NCBI GenBank assembly: GCA_963706595.1 | Contig: OY970166.1 | Coordinates: 2,240,001 to 2,304,000 of the forward strand | From: an uncultured cyanobacterium | Lineage (GTDB): Bacteria > Cyanobacteriota > Cyanobacteriia > Cyanobacteriales > Nostocaceae | Direction: 5' to 3' | DNA length: 64,000 nucleotides | In this document: piece after piece, positions 53,632 through 63,739 of the stretch | Layout of the letters: each line of letters begins with the position of its first letter | Numbering within the stretch: position 1 is the stretch's first letter | The notes under the pieces: model-generated | Seen by the model: the letters and a program-made list of their open reading frames with translations, nothing else | Told to the model about the DNA's origin: nothing | Database searches by the model: none | Program-made: the position numbers and the translations under genes

Positions 53632-55266
53632 ATGAAAGTTTTATTCCTGGGATTTAATCCCCAAAATCAGAAATTTCTTGATGTAAACAGAGAAGTTAAT
53701 CTTATTGAGACTGAGCTAATGAAATGTAAAGTTCGTGGTTTAGTAGTCTTTAAGTCATTCGTAAATTTGACAATTGAAGAGTTTCGAGTAAGACTATCAA
53801 ATTCTGAATACGATATCATTCATTTTTCTTGTCATGGTACATATAAAGACATCATCATTACAGATGAAAACCTTCAATATATATATATTTCTATAAGCAA
53901 GTTGACAGATTTCTTAAAAACCAAAAAAATTAAAATTAAGTGTATTATACTGAATACTTGTAATTCAAGAGATAATGCTAAGGCTTTACATCAGGAATTA
54001 GACTTGGACTACGCTATTGGTATGAACGGTTACATTCCTGATCAAACGGCAATTAAATTTTCCAGCGCGTTTTATCAAGCTTTAGGTGATGGAGAATCTA
54101 TAAAACAATCTTTCGATAGAGCTAAAGATATGATTACTAAGAACAATATATTGGGTTGTGAGATACCCTCATTAATAGACATCCCTACAGATTATGTAAC
54201 ACGAGGAGATGAACCAACTCTTCGTAATGCAATTAACAACAGAAATATTTTAATTCGCGTCAAAGGATCTAAGACAACAGGAAAATCAAGATTTATAGAT
54301 CATGTTACTCAAGGCTTAGAACCTGATAAATATCAAATAGTAAGCTTGTATATACCAGAAAATATTTGGGAAACTGTTCATGATACAAACCAGTTTTTAC
54401 AATGGTTTTGTGAAGACATAGCTCGAAAATCAGATCGAAGATATCATTGGGAACAAGGAAATGAAGACCGCTACCTGGCAAATAGCAGATTTACTTCTCA
54501 ATTTATAAAATATTTTCTATCCTCGCAAGACAGTAGAATTTTAATTCTACATTTACGGAATTTTGATAGGATTTATGATAAACCTGAAATTTATAAATTT
54601 GTTCATAATTTGTTCCTTCAATGGGTGAATGAAAGTAGTTCAATATGGAGTGGATTCCGATTGATTTTAGAATACCGCAATGAGGTATACACAGATTCTC
54701 CGTCACATTTATGGTCTAGTGCAGGGGAAACAATTATATTAAAATATTTTAATATAGAACAAGTGCAATCTTTATGGAAGCAATTTGATTTACAAGAAGG
54801 GGAAAAGGATCATCTAATCAAGCTTTTAAATGGACTAAATGGACATCCTCATTTAGTAGATTTAGCTCTTCGGCATTGCCGAAATATCTCAGAGAAAGAA
54901 CAATATGATTGTTTAAAAAACCTAGCAACGATTGCAGCAATAGATGAACTTTTGTCGAGTCATAAAAAATTTTTGAACAACAATTCAAACTTTAAAAAAG
55001 TATTCCAGGATATCCTTTCAGGATCTAACTCAAGAAACAAAGATGATCCCGAAGTTAAGCAACTACTTGATCGAGGGTTAATTATTTTTGACGGTAATAC
55101 AGTAAAGCCTAGTTGCAAGTTCTATACTGAATATTTCACTGAATATTTAAAGAAGACAATTCCACAAGACATACCCAAAAATGTTATATTGGAGCCAATT
55201 AAAAGGAGTATTAAAAAATTAATTAATCGATTAAGTACACAAACATCGAATAGGACTGCTATATAG
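53632..55266 (+). CDS. CHAT (caspase-like) domain + AAA-like (AAA_35-type) protein
   Basis: IIHFSCHG and IILNTC His/Cys dyad, FSSAFYQAL; then YVTR, GSKTTGKS, FLQWFC, GHPHLV. Confidence 0.75.
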   Translation: MKVLFLGFNPQNQKFLDVNREVNLIETELMKCKVRGLVVFKSFVNLTIEEFRVRLSNSEYDIIHFSCHGTYKDIIITDENLQYIYISISKLTDFLKTKKIKIKCIILNTCNSRDNAKALHQELDLDYAIGMNGYIPDQTAIKFSSAFYQALGDGESIKQSFDRAKDMITKNNILGCEIPSLIDIPTDYVTRGDEPTLRNAINNRNILIRVKGSKTTGKSRFIDHVTQGLEPDKYQIVSLYIPENIWETVHDTNQFLQWFCEDIARKSDRRYHWEQGNEDRYLANSRFTSQFIKYFLSSQDSRILILHLRNFDRIYDKPEIYKFVHNLFLQWVNESSSIWSGFRLILEYRNEVYTDSPSHLWSSAGETIILKYFNIEQVQSLWKQFDLQEGEKDHLIKLLNGLNGHPHLVDLALRHCRNISEKEQYDCLKNLATIAAIDELLSSHKKFLNNNSNFKKVFQDILSGSNSRNKDDPEVKQLLDRGLIIFDGNTVKPSCKFYTEYFTEYLKKTIPQDIPKNVILEPIKRSIKKLINRLSTQTSNRTAI

Positions 55267-55368
55267 GATAATAACATTACAAATAATGTATTGGATTATA
55301 AAATAGTAGCACGTTTGTCAGAACCAGATAAGAGCTATCCAACAGATGATATTTAAGGAGCATACAAA

Positions 55369-57060
55369 ATGACTAACGAATCTTATTATAAAGTAGGCGG
55401 ACCTTTGTCAGAAACAGATAAAAGTTATGTGAAAAGGCAAGCAGATGATGACATTATTAACCTAGTAAAAAAAGGTGAACACTGTTATGTTTTTAACAGT
55501 AATCAAACGGGAAAAACAAGCTTAGTACAACATACTGCTAACGAATTGCAAAAAGAAGGATTTGCTTGTATTATCACCGACTTTCTCAATATGGGTAAAG
55601 GAGAGAAACAACAATGGTATAACACTCTAATTAACAACTTAAGTACAGTTAAAACAAATGATAATTCTAATGTATTATCCGAATTTGATGTAGATAATTG
55701 GCTTAACGATCAGGAAAAAAGGAATATAACTCCAGAATTTTTACTATCTACATTTATCAAAGAAGTCTTACTGGAGAAAATTCCCAAAGACAAAAATCTT
55801 GTAATTTTCATTGATGAAATTGGCAGCCTTAAAGATTTAGATTTTAGTGATGACTTTCTTGATTTTATCAGAAGCTCATACACCAATCGTGAAAATGATC
55901 CATTCTTAAAAAGATTGGTTTTTGTTTTATTAGGGGTAACAACAATTGGGAAGTTGAGAAAAGATCCTATGAAAGCTGATAATACTATTAAATCTGTAAA
56001 TTTACAGGGCTTTACAACACAAGAAGCAATAGAGGGGTTAGCTCAAGGATTAAAAGATAAAGCAGAAGATTGCGAAAAGGTTATTGAAGCTATTTTGTAT
56101 TGGACAGAAGGACAACCATTCCTAACTCAAAAATTATGTCAACTAGTCGAACAAGGTGATGACTTTATAGAACAGAATGAGGAAAAAGAATTTATTGACA
56201 AACTGGTTAAGTCATCTATCATTAATTACTGGATAGACGAAAAAATAGACGTTCCAAAGCATTTCGAGCCGATTCAAACCAAACTTCTATCTAAAGATAA
56301 AAACCGAGAAAGTCGTTTACGCTTATATAAGAGAATCTTAGATGATGAAAACCAAAATGCTGATATTGAAGTTATCTTAGAACTTCAATTGACAGGATTA
56401 TTAATTGAAAAAGACAAAAAATTAAAGATATACAATCCTATTTATAAGGAGGTATTTAACAAAGAATGGGTTGAAAGTCAGTTAACTTCCCTTAAGTTTC
56501 AATCAGAATTGTATACTCATCAGAAAAAAAGATGGCTAGAAAGCGGGAAAGACAAAAAGCATCTATTAGTTGGTGATAACTTAACTAAGGCTGAAGAATG
56601 GCAAAAAGAAAGAGCAACATTATTATCTAAAGAAGATAATGAGTTTTTGGACGAGAGTCAAAAAAATAAGGCCAGTGATAATACAAAGTGGCAGATAATA
56701 GCGGTTATTATTGCTGTGTTGCTAATAATCTTAGTCGCATTTAGTTCAATCTATCCCGGCATAGAAAAAACAAAACAAATTGAAATAGAGAAACAACAAC
56801 AAATAGAACTATCTAAAATAAAGGAAAACGCCGAATTAGAAAAATATCGAATAGATTTAGAAAAATCTAAAATAGAGGCAGAACAAAAAAGACAACAATA
56901 TCAACTAGAGGCAGAAATAAAACAATCTCAACTAGAGAGACAGAGGAACATATTCCAAAAAATATGGCACTTTTTCGTAGGGTCAATACTCTTACCAATA
57001 GAATTGGTAAAAATTCCATTTAATATAATTGGGTTTGTTATTCGTTTGGTGGTTCATTAA
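55369..57060 (+). CDS. AAA-like (AAA_35-type) protein with C-terminal TM and coiled coil
   Basis: YKVGGPL..SYVKRQAD, NSNQTGKT, VIFIDEI, WTEGQPFLTQKLC, NPIYKEVF; TM near aa 443-462. Confidence 0.8.
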   Translation: MTNESYYKVGGPLSETDKSYVKRQADDDIINLVKKGEHCYVFNSNQTGKTSLVQHTANELQKEGFACIITDFLNMGKGEKQQWYNTLINNLSTVKTNDNSNVLSEFDVDNWLNDQEKRNITPEFLLSTFIKEVLLEKIPKDKNLVIFIDEIGSLKDLDFSDDFLDFIRSSYTNRENDPFLKRLVFVLLGVTTIGKLRKDPMKADNTIKSVNLQGFTTQEAIEGLAQGLKDKAEDCEKVIEAILYWTEGQPFLTQKLCQLVEQGDDFIEQNEEKEFIDKLVKSSIINYWIDEKIDVPKHFEPIQTKLLSKDKNRESRLRLYKRILDDENQNADIEVILELQLTGLLIEKDKKLKIYNPIYKEVFNKEWVESQLTSLKFQSELYTHQKKRWLESGKDKKHLLVGDNLTKAEEWQKERATLLSKEDNEFLDESQKNKASDNTKWQIIAVIIAVLLIILVAFSSIYPGIEKTKQIEIEKQQQIELSKIKENAELEKYRIDLEKSKIEAEQKRQQYQLEAEIKQSQLERQRNIFQKIWHFFVGSILLPIELVKIPFNIIGFVIRLVVH

Positions 57061-57069
57061 ATTCAGGTT

Positions 57070-57194
57070 AGAGTGTTCCAAACAATAAATGATCCAAAAC
57101 CAGAGATTGTTTCATTCTGCTCTGCTCCATACGGCTAACGCCACACTTTGCTAAGGCAATGACAACTGGGCATTTTTTTGACTTGGAACACTCT
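57070..57194. mobile_element. MITE-like element
   Basis: 12-bp perfect TIRs AGAGTGTTCCAA / TTGGAACACTCT. Confidence 0.6.
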
Positions 57195-57201
57195 TCATAA
57201 T

Positions 57202-57300
57202 ATAGCGGTATGCACCTGAGTGAGATAAAGTCCGCCAAATCCTGTAGGGGCGCAGGGTCTGCGCCCTAGATTGTATTGCATCCAACCGATAACCGCTATA
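57202..57300. mobile_element. MITE-like repeat with REP-like GTAGGGGCGCAG..CTGCGCCC core
   Basis: Ends ATAGCGGT / ACCGCTAT shared with 52036-52133. Confidence 0.6.
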
Positions 57301-57307
57301 TTAAAAT

Positions 57308-60300
57308 TTATGGTTCTTGACAGAGTGCTTGTAGTAATGCTTCCAACCCAGATTCGCTAGTAAAATATGTGAGATGATCACAAGCAGCATCTGGTAATAT
57401 GATCGGCTCAGGAGTGCGGTTTGCATTTAAACTTTTAATACTTTCCAATGTCACCGCTATATCGTTGGGTTGTTGTAAAAATACCATATCCACTACGCGA
57501 TCTACAGATGAGCCAAACAGTTTCTGCATAAGTCGCTGTATCTGACTGGATTGTTTTCCAGGTTCAATGTCTAATGCTTCTGGACGAATTGAGCGATCGC
57601 CAGCAATAATTGTATACTGCACATTGGGGTCAGGATTTTTGACGATGCTTTCAATAAAAAGACTTTGCGGGTTCATTTGGTCTAAAGCGTTATCATTTAC
57701 TTCCAGAAATGCTACTAATCCGGCAATAATTGTTGTAGGCCAAGCCAATGAAGACATTTGGTTCAATCCAATACCAAGGGCTGTAAATGCCCAATCTTGG
57801 ATAGAAGGCCAAGGAGAACCAGCATTGGGCGTACCTAACATTACTAAGTGTTGGACAATTTGATTCCCGCCTTCCTTTTCTATAAAAGTACGAGAAACTA
57901 AACCGCCCATTGAATGGGCAACAATATGTAGTTGTTTCCCGTGGTTTGCGCCTAAACCAATCTCTTCTAATCTTTGTTTGAGTAATCTAGCGTTTTCCTC
58001 AATTGTCGTATGCAGATTTTCGTAGTCGCAGGCCAGAACTAAATCATATTTATCTCGTAGGGTTTTCTGGTGTCCATTTTCTGTAAATGTTGCCTCTTGG
58101 ACACTCGTTACTAAACTTTTTGTGTCGCCGATGATGCCATGAATAAAGAGTAAAATTTTCTCAGATTCATTAACCTTGCTTTTAATGACTTGTTTGTTGT
58201 CTTGATAAGATACACGCCCAGTTGCTGAAACTTCCGCAATCCTCACAAGTGGATAAGTAAACTCTTTTTTTAATATTGGGAACAGTAGTTTTTGGAATAG
58301 TATCTTAATTGAACCTTGTAAACTGCGACTATCTACTGTTGGTTCAGGTAGGCGTTCTAATGTAATTACTGTGTTTCCATTTACTGCCTCAGCTTTACCC
58401 ACAGGGAGGAAAAATTCACCGTCATAAGCAATTGGTAATATATATTCGTTTGATGCTAATGATTTACCAACTACTAATTTGATGGGATTCTCTGGTGTAA
58501 CACTTTCGTGGTTTTGCAAATCAATAATTTCCAAAACGCTAAACATCTCAGGACTGCGAGTTATGTTAAATTCGTATGGTTCAACCAGTATTGGTCGGCC
58601 ATCTCGTAGAAGATTAGGTTGCTCTTGTAATAAAATCGGTGGTATTAAATTACTATTAACATTCCTACTAATTGGAGGTAAGGGGTTTAAACTAAATCTT
58701 CCTTTAAAAGTTGAATGTCCTTGTAAATCAACATAAGGGAATAAAGTAGTAGACTCAGAATCTTTAATTTCTACTCCACCAGGTGGCTTTACCAAATTAA
58801 TTTTAACTTCTTGAGTCATCCAGTTATCAATATATTCATCTTCTTCTGGCTCCGTTTGACGAGTATATATGTTATTCATTAAACGGTTGAGAGCGCCTGA
58901 TAATCTTCCAGAACGATTGATAGGAGGAGGAGAATCAAGTCCTGGTTGCTGGAGCAAGCTTGCATTGAAATCTCTAGTGCTAACAATTAACTTGAAAATG
59001 GTATTGTATTCAGTAATCCCCTTATTTAAATAATCTCTTGGAATTACTAATTTTAATCTTTTACCTTCAACACTTGCACCTTCACTGCCTCTTTGCGGTA
59101 AACCTAAACTGCCTCTTTCTATAAAAAATTCAGGAATCTCTATTGCGTAATCTCCCGCAAGTTCTACTATCTGAAAATAAAGGTCGTGTTCGCTATTATT
59201 TGTAACTTGTATTTCTATTCGTGGCGGTTCCCAATTATTATTTCTAAAAGTGTATTCCCCGCGTATCTCTGAAGTTGCCTGATTTGAGGAATATTGTTGT
59301 TCTCCAGAAGTAACAATAACTTCCATCTCCACATCCCCAGCTTTAATTTGACTGGTAGGTGGAGTTTTCAATTCCAAAATATTCGTCCAACGCGCAATAT
59401 GTTCTAAACGCTTAATAATTATGTTTGCGTTTTGTCGAGTGTATCCTTGTGTATCTGGTATTTCTGGAACTGGTGCCACTAATGGACATTTATCAGCAGC
59501 TTGTATAATCCAGTATTGACCATTAGTAGCTTCTAAATAATAATCTGTATGCTCAGATGAGTCTACTTCCCGAACAAACAAAGAAGGTGTGTTACCATCA
59601 GCTGTTAAAAGTGCTTGACGAGCTTTTTCTATACCAGCATCATCACCTTGAAAAGATACCTTCAATTTTGGTAATGGTACATCTGTAACAACTGCCCAAT
59701 AAGGTACTTCTTGAGATAAATTAGTATTATCACCGCTTAATTCAACTTGACTGACTCCTGTCAATACCTGAGTAACATTAGCTCGACAAATTGCATTTGA
59801 AATTTGACGTAACTCCTCTGGTGTACTTCCCTGCTGGAAAACTGCCAATAAAGTTTCCCCTTCAGAAGTTTGGCGCACACCATGTAAAGCACCAGCGTTA
59901 ATTACCCAACTCTGATATGTTTCGCTGTCATAAGTTAGGGTAAAGTAGTTTGCGCGTTCACCTACAGCCCCACCCAAAAAACTTTGTCTTAAATCTTCTG
60001 GTGGTGCTTCTATTTGTGGCGATTGCTCATAAATTTTACCAGTTATCAAGGCATTAATATCTTGGACTAAATCTGCATAGGATAAACTGCTATTAGTGCG
60101 CTGTAATGCCTGAGTTAGAAAGTAAGAAAAAACACCACGTCGTTTACCATCTTCACCTGTGTACTCTTTTGCCGTTTGATGGGAACGACAAGCAGCGAGC
60201 GCAATATGTCTTGGTAGCTGATAATTCTCACTTAAGCGGTATCTCAGCCATTCTTGATCAAAACCAAAAATAAAATCGGTTAAATTTCTTATTGGTCCAT

Positions 60301-60823
60301 TCGCAGACGTTTGACGTTCAGTTACTTCTGGGTTTCTAGTAGCTGTGCCAGAGTGACAACAATCCAAAATAATAAGGATATGTGGATTCTTCTTGGCTAC
60401 CTGCTCAATTAAGTAGTTTAATTCCTTATCTGCTAAGTCTTGACCTCCTTCAGTCCGGCTATCATAGCAAACTAAAGTTTCCATTTTTCGGTCTGGTGTT
60501 TCAGCCCAAAATGCTTCTGGTGCTGCTTCATAGGAACCATGACCAGCATAATAAAATAATACTACGTCTTCACTGTCAGCATTGCATAAATGTTGCTTAA
60601 AACCGTCAATAATTGCCTGACGTGTTGCTAATTCGTTTGTCAGTTTCCAAGGAACTTCTGAGGTTTCAACTAATTCCCAGTTCTCCTCAGTAGCAATTCG
60701 TTCACGTAAATAAGTTTCTATTGATTCAATATCATTAAGACAACCCCTTAAAGAACTCACTCCTCTTGAGTGAGGATGGTAGTTGTTAATACCAACAAGT
60801 AAAGCATAAATTTTTTTAGTCAT
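57308..60823 (-). CDS. Caspase-family (peptidase C14) protein with C-terminal alpha/beta-hydrolase (lipase-like) domain
   Basis: ALLVGINNY, YYAGHGS, LDCCHSG dyad; C-terminal FIHGIIG, AHSMGG, LGTPNAGS, NDIAV, DHLTYF. Confidence 0.85.
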   Translation of the reverse strand: MTKKIYALLVGINNYHPHSRGVSSLRGCLNDIESIETYLRERIATEENWELVETSEVPWKLTNELATRQAIIDGFKQHLCNADSEDVVLFYYAGHGSYEAAPEAFWAETPDRKMETLVCYDSRTEGGQDLADKELNYLIEQVAKKNPHILIILDCCHSGTATRNPEVTERQTSANGPIRNLTDFIFGFDQEWLRYRLSENYQLPRHIALAACRSHQTAKEYTGEDGKRRGVFSYFLTQALQRTNSSLSYADLVQDINALITGKIYEQSPQIEAPPEDLRQSFLGGAVGERANYFTLTYDSETYQSWVINAGALHGVRQTSEGETLLAVFQQGSTPEELRQISNAICRANVTQVLTGVSQVELSGDNTNLSQEVPYWAVVTDVPLPKLKVSFQGDDAGIEKARQALLTADGNTPSLFVREVDSSEHTDYYLEATNGQYWIIQAADKCPLVAPVPEIPDTQGYTRQNANIIIKRLEHIARWTNILELKTPPTSQIKAGDVEMEVIVTSGEQQYSSNQATSEIRGEYTFRNNNWEPPRIEIQVTNNSEHDLYFQIVELAGDYAIEIPEFFIERGSLGLPQRGSEGASVEGKRLKLVIPRDYLNKGITEYNTIFKLIVSTRDFNASLLQQPGLDSPPPINRSGRLSGALNRLMNNIYTRQTEPEEDEYIDNWMTQEVKINLVKPPGGVEIKDSESTTLFPYVDLQGHSTFKGRFSLNPLPPISRNVNSNLIPPILLQEQPNLLRDGRPILVEPYEFNITRSPEMFSVLEIIDLQNHESVTPENPIKLVVGKSLASNEYILPIAYDGEFFLPVGKAEAVNGNTVITLERLPEPTVDSRSLQGSIKILFQKLLFPILKKEFTYPLVRIAEVSATGRVSYQDNKQVIKSKVNESEKILLFIHGIIGDTKSLVTSVQEATFTENGHQKTLRDKYDLVLACDYENLHTTIEENARLLKQRLEEIGLGANHGKQLHIVAHSMGGLVSRTFIEKEGGNQIVQHLVMLGTPNAGSPWPSIQDWAFTALGIGLNQMSSLAWPTTIIAGLVAFLEVNDNALDQMNPQSLFIESIVKNPDPNVQYTIIAGDRSIRPEALDIEPGKQSSQIQRLMQKLFGSSVDRVVDMVFLQQPNDIAVTLESIKSLNANRTPEPIILPDAACDHLTYFTSESGLEALLQALCQEP

Positions 60824-60952
60824 AGATATTTATGTCGTTTCTAACAAATCAAAAGTTTTAGTAACAGCCTTCTTCCAAAGAGTATAACAAGTAACAGCAC
60901 TAAGATAAGGGAGCATACAGTTTAGTTTAGAAAATTGTGGTTGTCTAAACCA

Positions 60953-61657
60953 TTAACTCACTGATTCTTGTACCTCGTAGTACAATCTCGCAGCTATCCG
61001 GAATAATTCTTGTCCTGTATGCAAATAACGCTCATCGTAGCTCAAAGGAAAGTAAGCTAACTCTTCTACACCATCTGCTACTTGACTGAGACTATGGTAC
61101 AGATAAGCTGCGGCTCTGGCTAAACTGGGGGGATTTGGTAAAGAACGAAAAGTAAGTTGGGCTTGCTTCAAATCGTCTCGACAGGTGTTTAAATATTCTT
61201 GAAATGCTTCTAATAATTCATCATCAAAAGGATCGGCGGCTAGTTCCTCAATTTGATCGTCTAAAGAATTAAGAATATGATCAAGTAGCTCATTGACTGG
61301 TTGATAAACTAAGCGTAGCCATTCCTCAACGTGTTCATCAGCATCTCGTCCGGTTTGTCTGGTTGTTTGGTAACGTTTTTGAGCCGATGCTGCACGCTGT
61401 TGATAACTACTATTATTTAATTTTTGCGACTCGTCTTGCAGGTGTCGGTCATAGCTGAGACGATTTTGACTATCTTTTAAAACCTCATAGGCCGCATTGA
61501 TGCGAATAATCTGCTCTTTATCTGCCGTTTGCTGATTGCTGTCAGGGTGAAACAACTTTACCAAGCGGCGATAAGATTGTTTAATCTCCGCTTGGCTAGC
61601 ATTGGCATTAACTTTGAGCGTTTCGTAGTGGTTAGAAACGTTTTTAGAATCGACCAT
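60953..61657 (-). CDS. DnaJ (J-domain) protein
   Basis: HYETLKV, FHPD, INAAYEVL. Confidence 0.88.
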   Translation of the reverse strand: MVDSKNVSNHYETLKVNANASQAEIKQSYRRLVKLFHPDSNQQTADKEQIIRINAAYEVLKDSQNRLSYDRHLQDESQKLNNSSYQQRAASAQKRYQTTRQTGRDADEHVEEWLRLVYQPVNELLDHILNSLDDQIEELAADPFDDELLEAFQEYLNTCRDDLKQAQLTFRSLPNPPSLARAAAYLYHSLSQVADGVEELAYFPLSYDERYLHTGQELFRIAARLYYEVQESVS

Positions 61658-61672
61658 TTATCTAATTTAACG

Positions 61673-62634
61673 TTAACTGATACTGGCGGCTACTTTAGCT
61701 TCCAAGTCTTGGAACAAAGGTGTACTTAAATATCTTTCGCCAAAACTGGGCTGAATCATCACTATTAAGCGTCCCTCATTTTCTGGACGTTGGGCTACAC
61801 GAATGGCTGCACATAAGGCTGCACCAGTGGAAATACCAGATAGTAGCCCTTCTTCTCTGGCTAAACGCCGACCATAGGCGATCGCTTCGTCATCTGTAAC
61901 AGTAATCACTTCCGAAATCAATTCTACTTTGAGAACTTGAGGCACAAACCCCGCCCCAATTCCTTGGATTTTGTGGGGCCTGGTCGTCCTCCTGATAGTA
62001 CTGGGCTATTGGTTGGTTCAACTGCGATCGCCTGAAAACTCGGTTTACGGGCTTTCAAAACTTCCGCTACACCAGTAATCGTACCACCAGTACCCACACC
62101 TGCCACAATCATATCTACCTGACCATCAGTATCCTCCCAGATTTCTTCAGCTGTCGTTTCCCGATGCACCTTCGCATTAGCTGGATTGCGGAATTGCTGC
62201 AACATATAAGTATGTGGCGTAGTATCAACTATTGCCTGAGCGCGGCGAATTGCCCCACTCATCCCTTCAATTCCCGGTGTCAATTCTAATTCAGCCCCAT
62301 AAGCCCGCAACATCGCCCGGCGTTCTCCACTCATGGTTTCTGGCATAGTCAAAATCAACCGATAACCCTTAGCTGCTGCGGCCATAGCTAAAGCAATACC
62401 TGTATTTCCCGACGTGGGTTCTACCAAGATAGTTTTTCCCGGAGTAATTAACTTCTCTGCTTCTGCGGCGTTAATCATACTTACCCCAATGCGGTCTTTG
62501 ACTGATGCCGATGGGTTCATACTTTCCAGTTTCACCAGTATTTGCGCCACACATCCCTCAGCTTGGGGGATGCGGTTTAACTGTACTAGGGGTGTCCGAC
62601 CAACAAGTTCTGTAATGTTACGCGCAATCTTCAT
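61673..62634 (-). pseudogene. cysK: Cysteine synthase A split by a -1 frameshift (probably sequencing error)
   Basis: [22 protein letters not shown]; adding one C to the C-run at 61975-61978 restores [14 protein letters not shown] and joins ORF 61673-61945. Confidence 0.9.
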
Positions 62635-62685
62635 AATTATTCCTTATCTATTTAGTTATCAATGAACAGTCAAAAATACTTCGGG

Positions 62686-63132
62686 TTAAATGTAGTACAT
62701 AATATCCAATTGCCGGCGGGAATCTCTTTTTTCACAAAGATCCTGAAGTGTGTAGTTTTGCAAAACTAAGTTCGCCGCCTGACAAGCTTCTTGCCAGATT
62801 TCCTTAATCACAGAAGTATCGATACTTTTGGGATTGGCATCTTCTTCACAGGTTCGCACATCTAACCCTTCCAAACATTCTAAAACATCGAAGACCGTAA
62901 TTTTCCAAGGTTCACGAGTCAAAAAATAGCCACCTTTAGAACCGCGTTGACTTTTGACTATACCTCCGCGTCTCAAAGTCGCCAGTAGCTGTTCTAAATA
63001 GCGGTCAGGTATGCTTTGTTGGGCGGCGATTTGGCGAATTTGCATCGGTTCGCCGCTTTGATAATGAGTTGCCATTTCGATTAAGGCGAGAATGGCGTAT
63101 TCAGATTTACAGGATAGTTCCACAAGCAGCAA
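62686..63132 (-). CDS. Rrf2 family transcriptional regulator (CymR-like)
   Basis: YLEQLLATLRRGGIVKSQRGSKGGYFL; directly upstream of cysK. Confidence 0.9.
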   Translation of the reverse strand: MLLVELSCKSEYAILALIEMATHYQSGEPMQIRQIAAQQSIPDRYLEQLLATLRRGGIVKSQRGSKGGYFLTREPWKITVFDVLECLEGLDVRTCEEDANPKSIDTSVIKEIWQEACQAANLVLQNYTLQDLCEKRDSRRQLDIMYYI

Positions 63133-63214
63133 TATGAGTAAGGGAGCAAAAAAAGTCTTAACTTTTCTAGTATACTCCGGTTCTCCACTGGGGTTTGTTC
63201 TTTAATCTGATTTA

Positions 63215-63292
63215 TAGCAACCGCCAAGGACGTTAAGACCTAAACGGATAATCAAACTTAGACACCATTCGGGTTTTAACCCACTCCCCAGA
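63215..63292. repeat. Dispersed repeat, inverted copy of 6221-6322
   Basis: CGCCAAGGACGTTAA..AAACGGATAATCAAACTTAGACACCATT. Confidence 0.7.
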
Positions 63293-63428
63293 AGAAGCAG
63301 GGGAGCAGGGTGCAGGCTTGCCCTGAGCGCAGTCGTAAAGCCTACGGCATAGCTGCGCTTAGAGCGAAGCTTCCCGAAGGTTAGGGGAGTAAGGGGGAGT
63401 AATAAATTATTTTAAACTTCCGGTTAGT

Positions 63429-63583
63429 TAACCTGACTTTTCACGGGATCTGGAAAACCTCGCTTCCATTTCTCTCCCCTTGCAGGGGAGAGGCTTTGAA
63501 TTTTCCCCCTTCCCTGGTAGGGAAGGGGGCTAGGGGGTTAGGTTTCGGTTTGGTTTTTCCACATGACGTGAAAAGTGAGGTTA
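63429..63583. mobile_element. MITE-like element
   Basis: 17-bp TIRs TAACCTGACTTTTCACG / CGTGAAAAGTGAGGTTA (1 mismatch); GGTTAGTTAAC repeated at both ends; two GC-rich internal hairpins. Confidence 0.6.
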
Positions 63584-63739
63584 GTTAACAAGCATTCTTC
63601 CTCTCCCCTGCCCCCTGCCCCCCTGCCCCTTTTCCTCTTCTCCCCACTCCCCACTCCCCAGCTAGACAACAAAAAGCCCCACATGATAGCGGGGCGCAAT
63701 AAAGTTTCAGTTTCAATTTTTTAGCAGATTTGCAAGACT

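Noticed and set aside
387..62665. Numerous 60-125 aa ORFs overlapping larger genes (e.g. 387-578, 862-1173, 32172-32549, 47939-48250)
   Set aside because: Shadow ORFs on alternative frames or strands of well-supported genes
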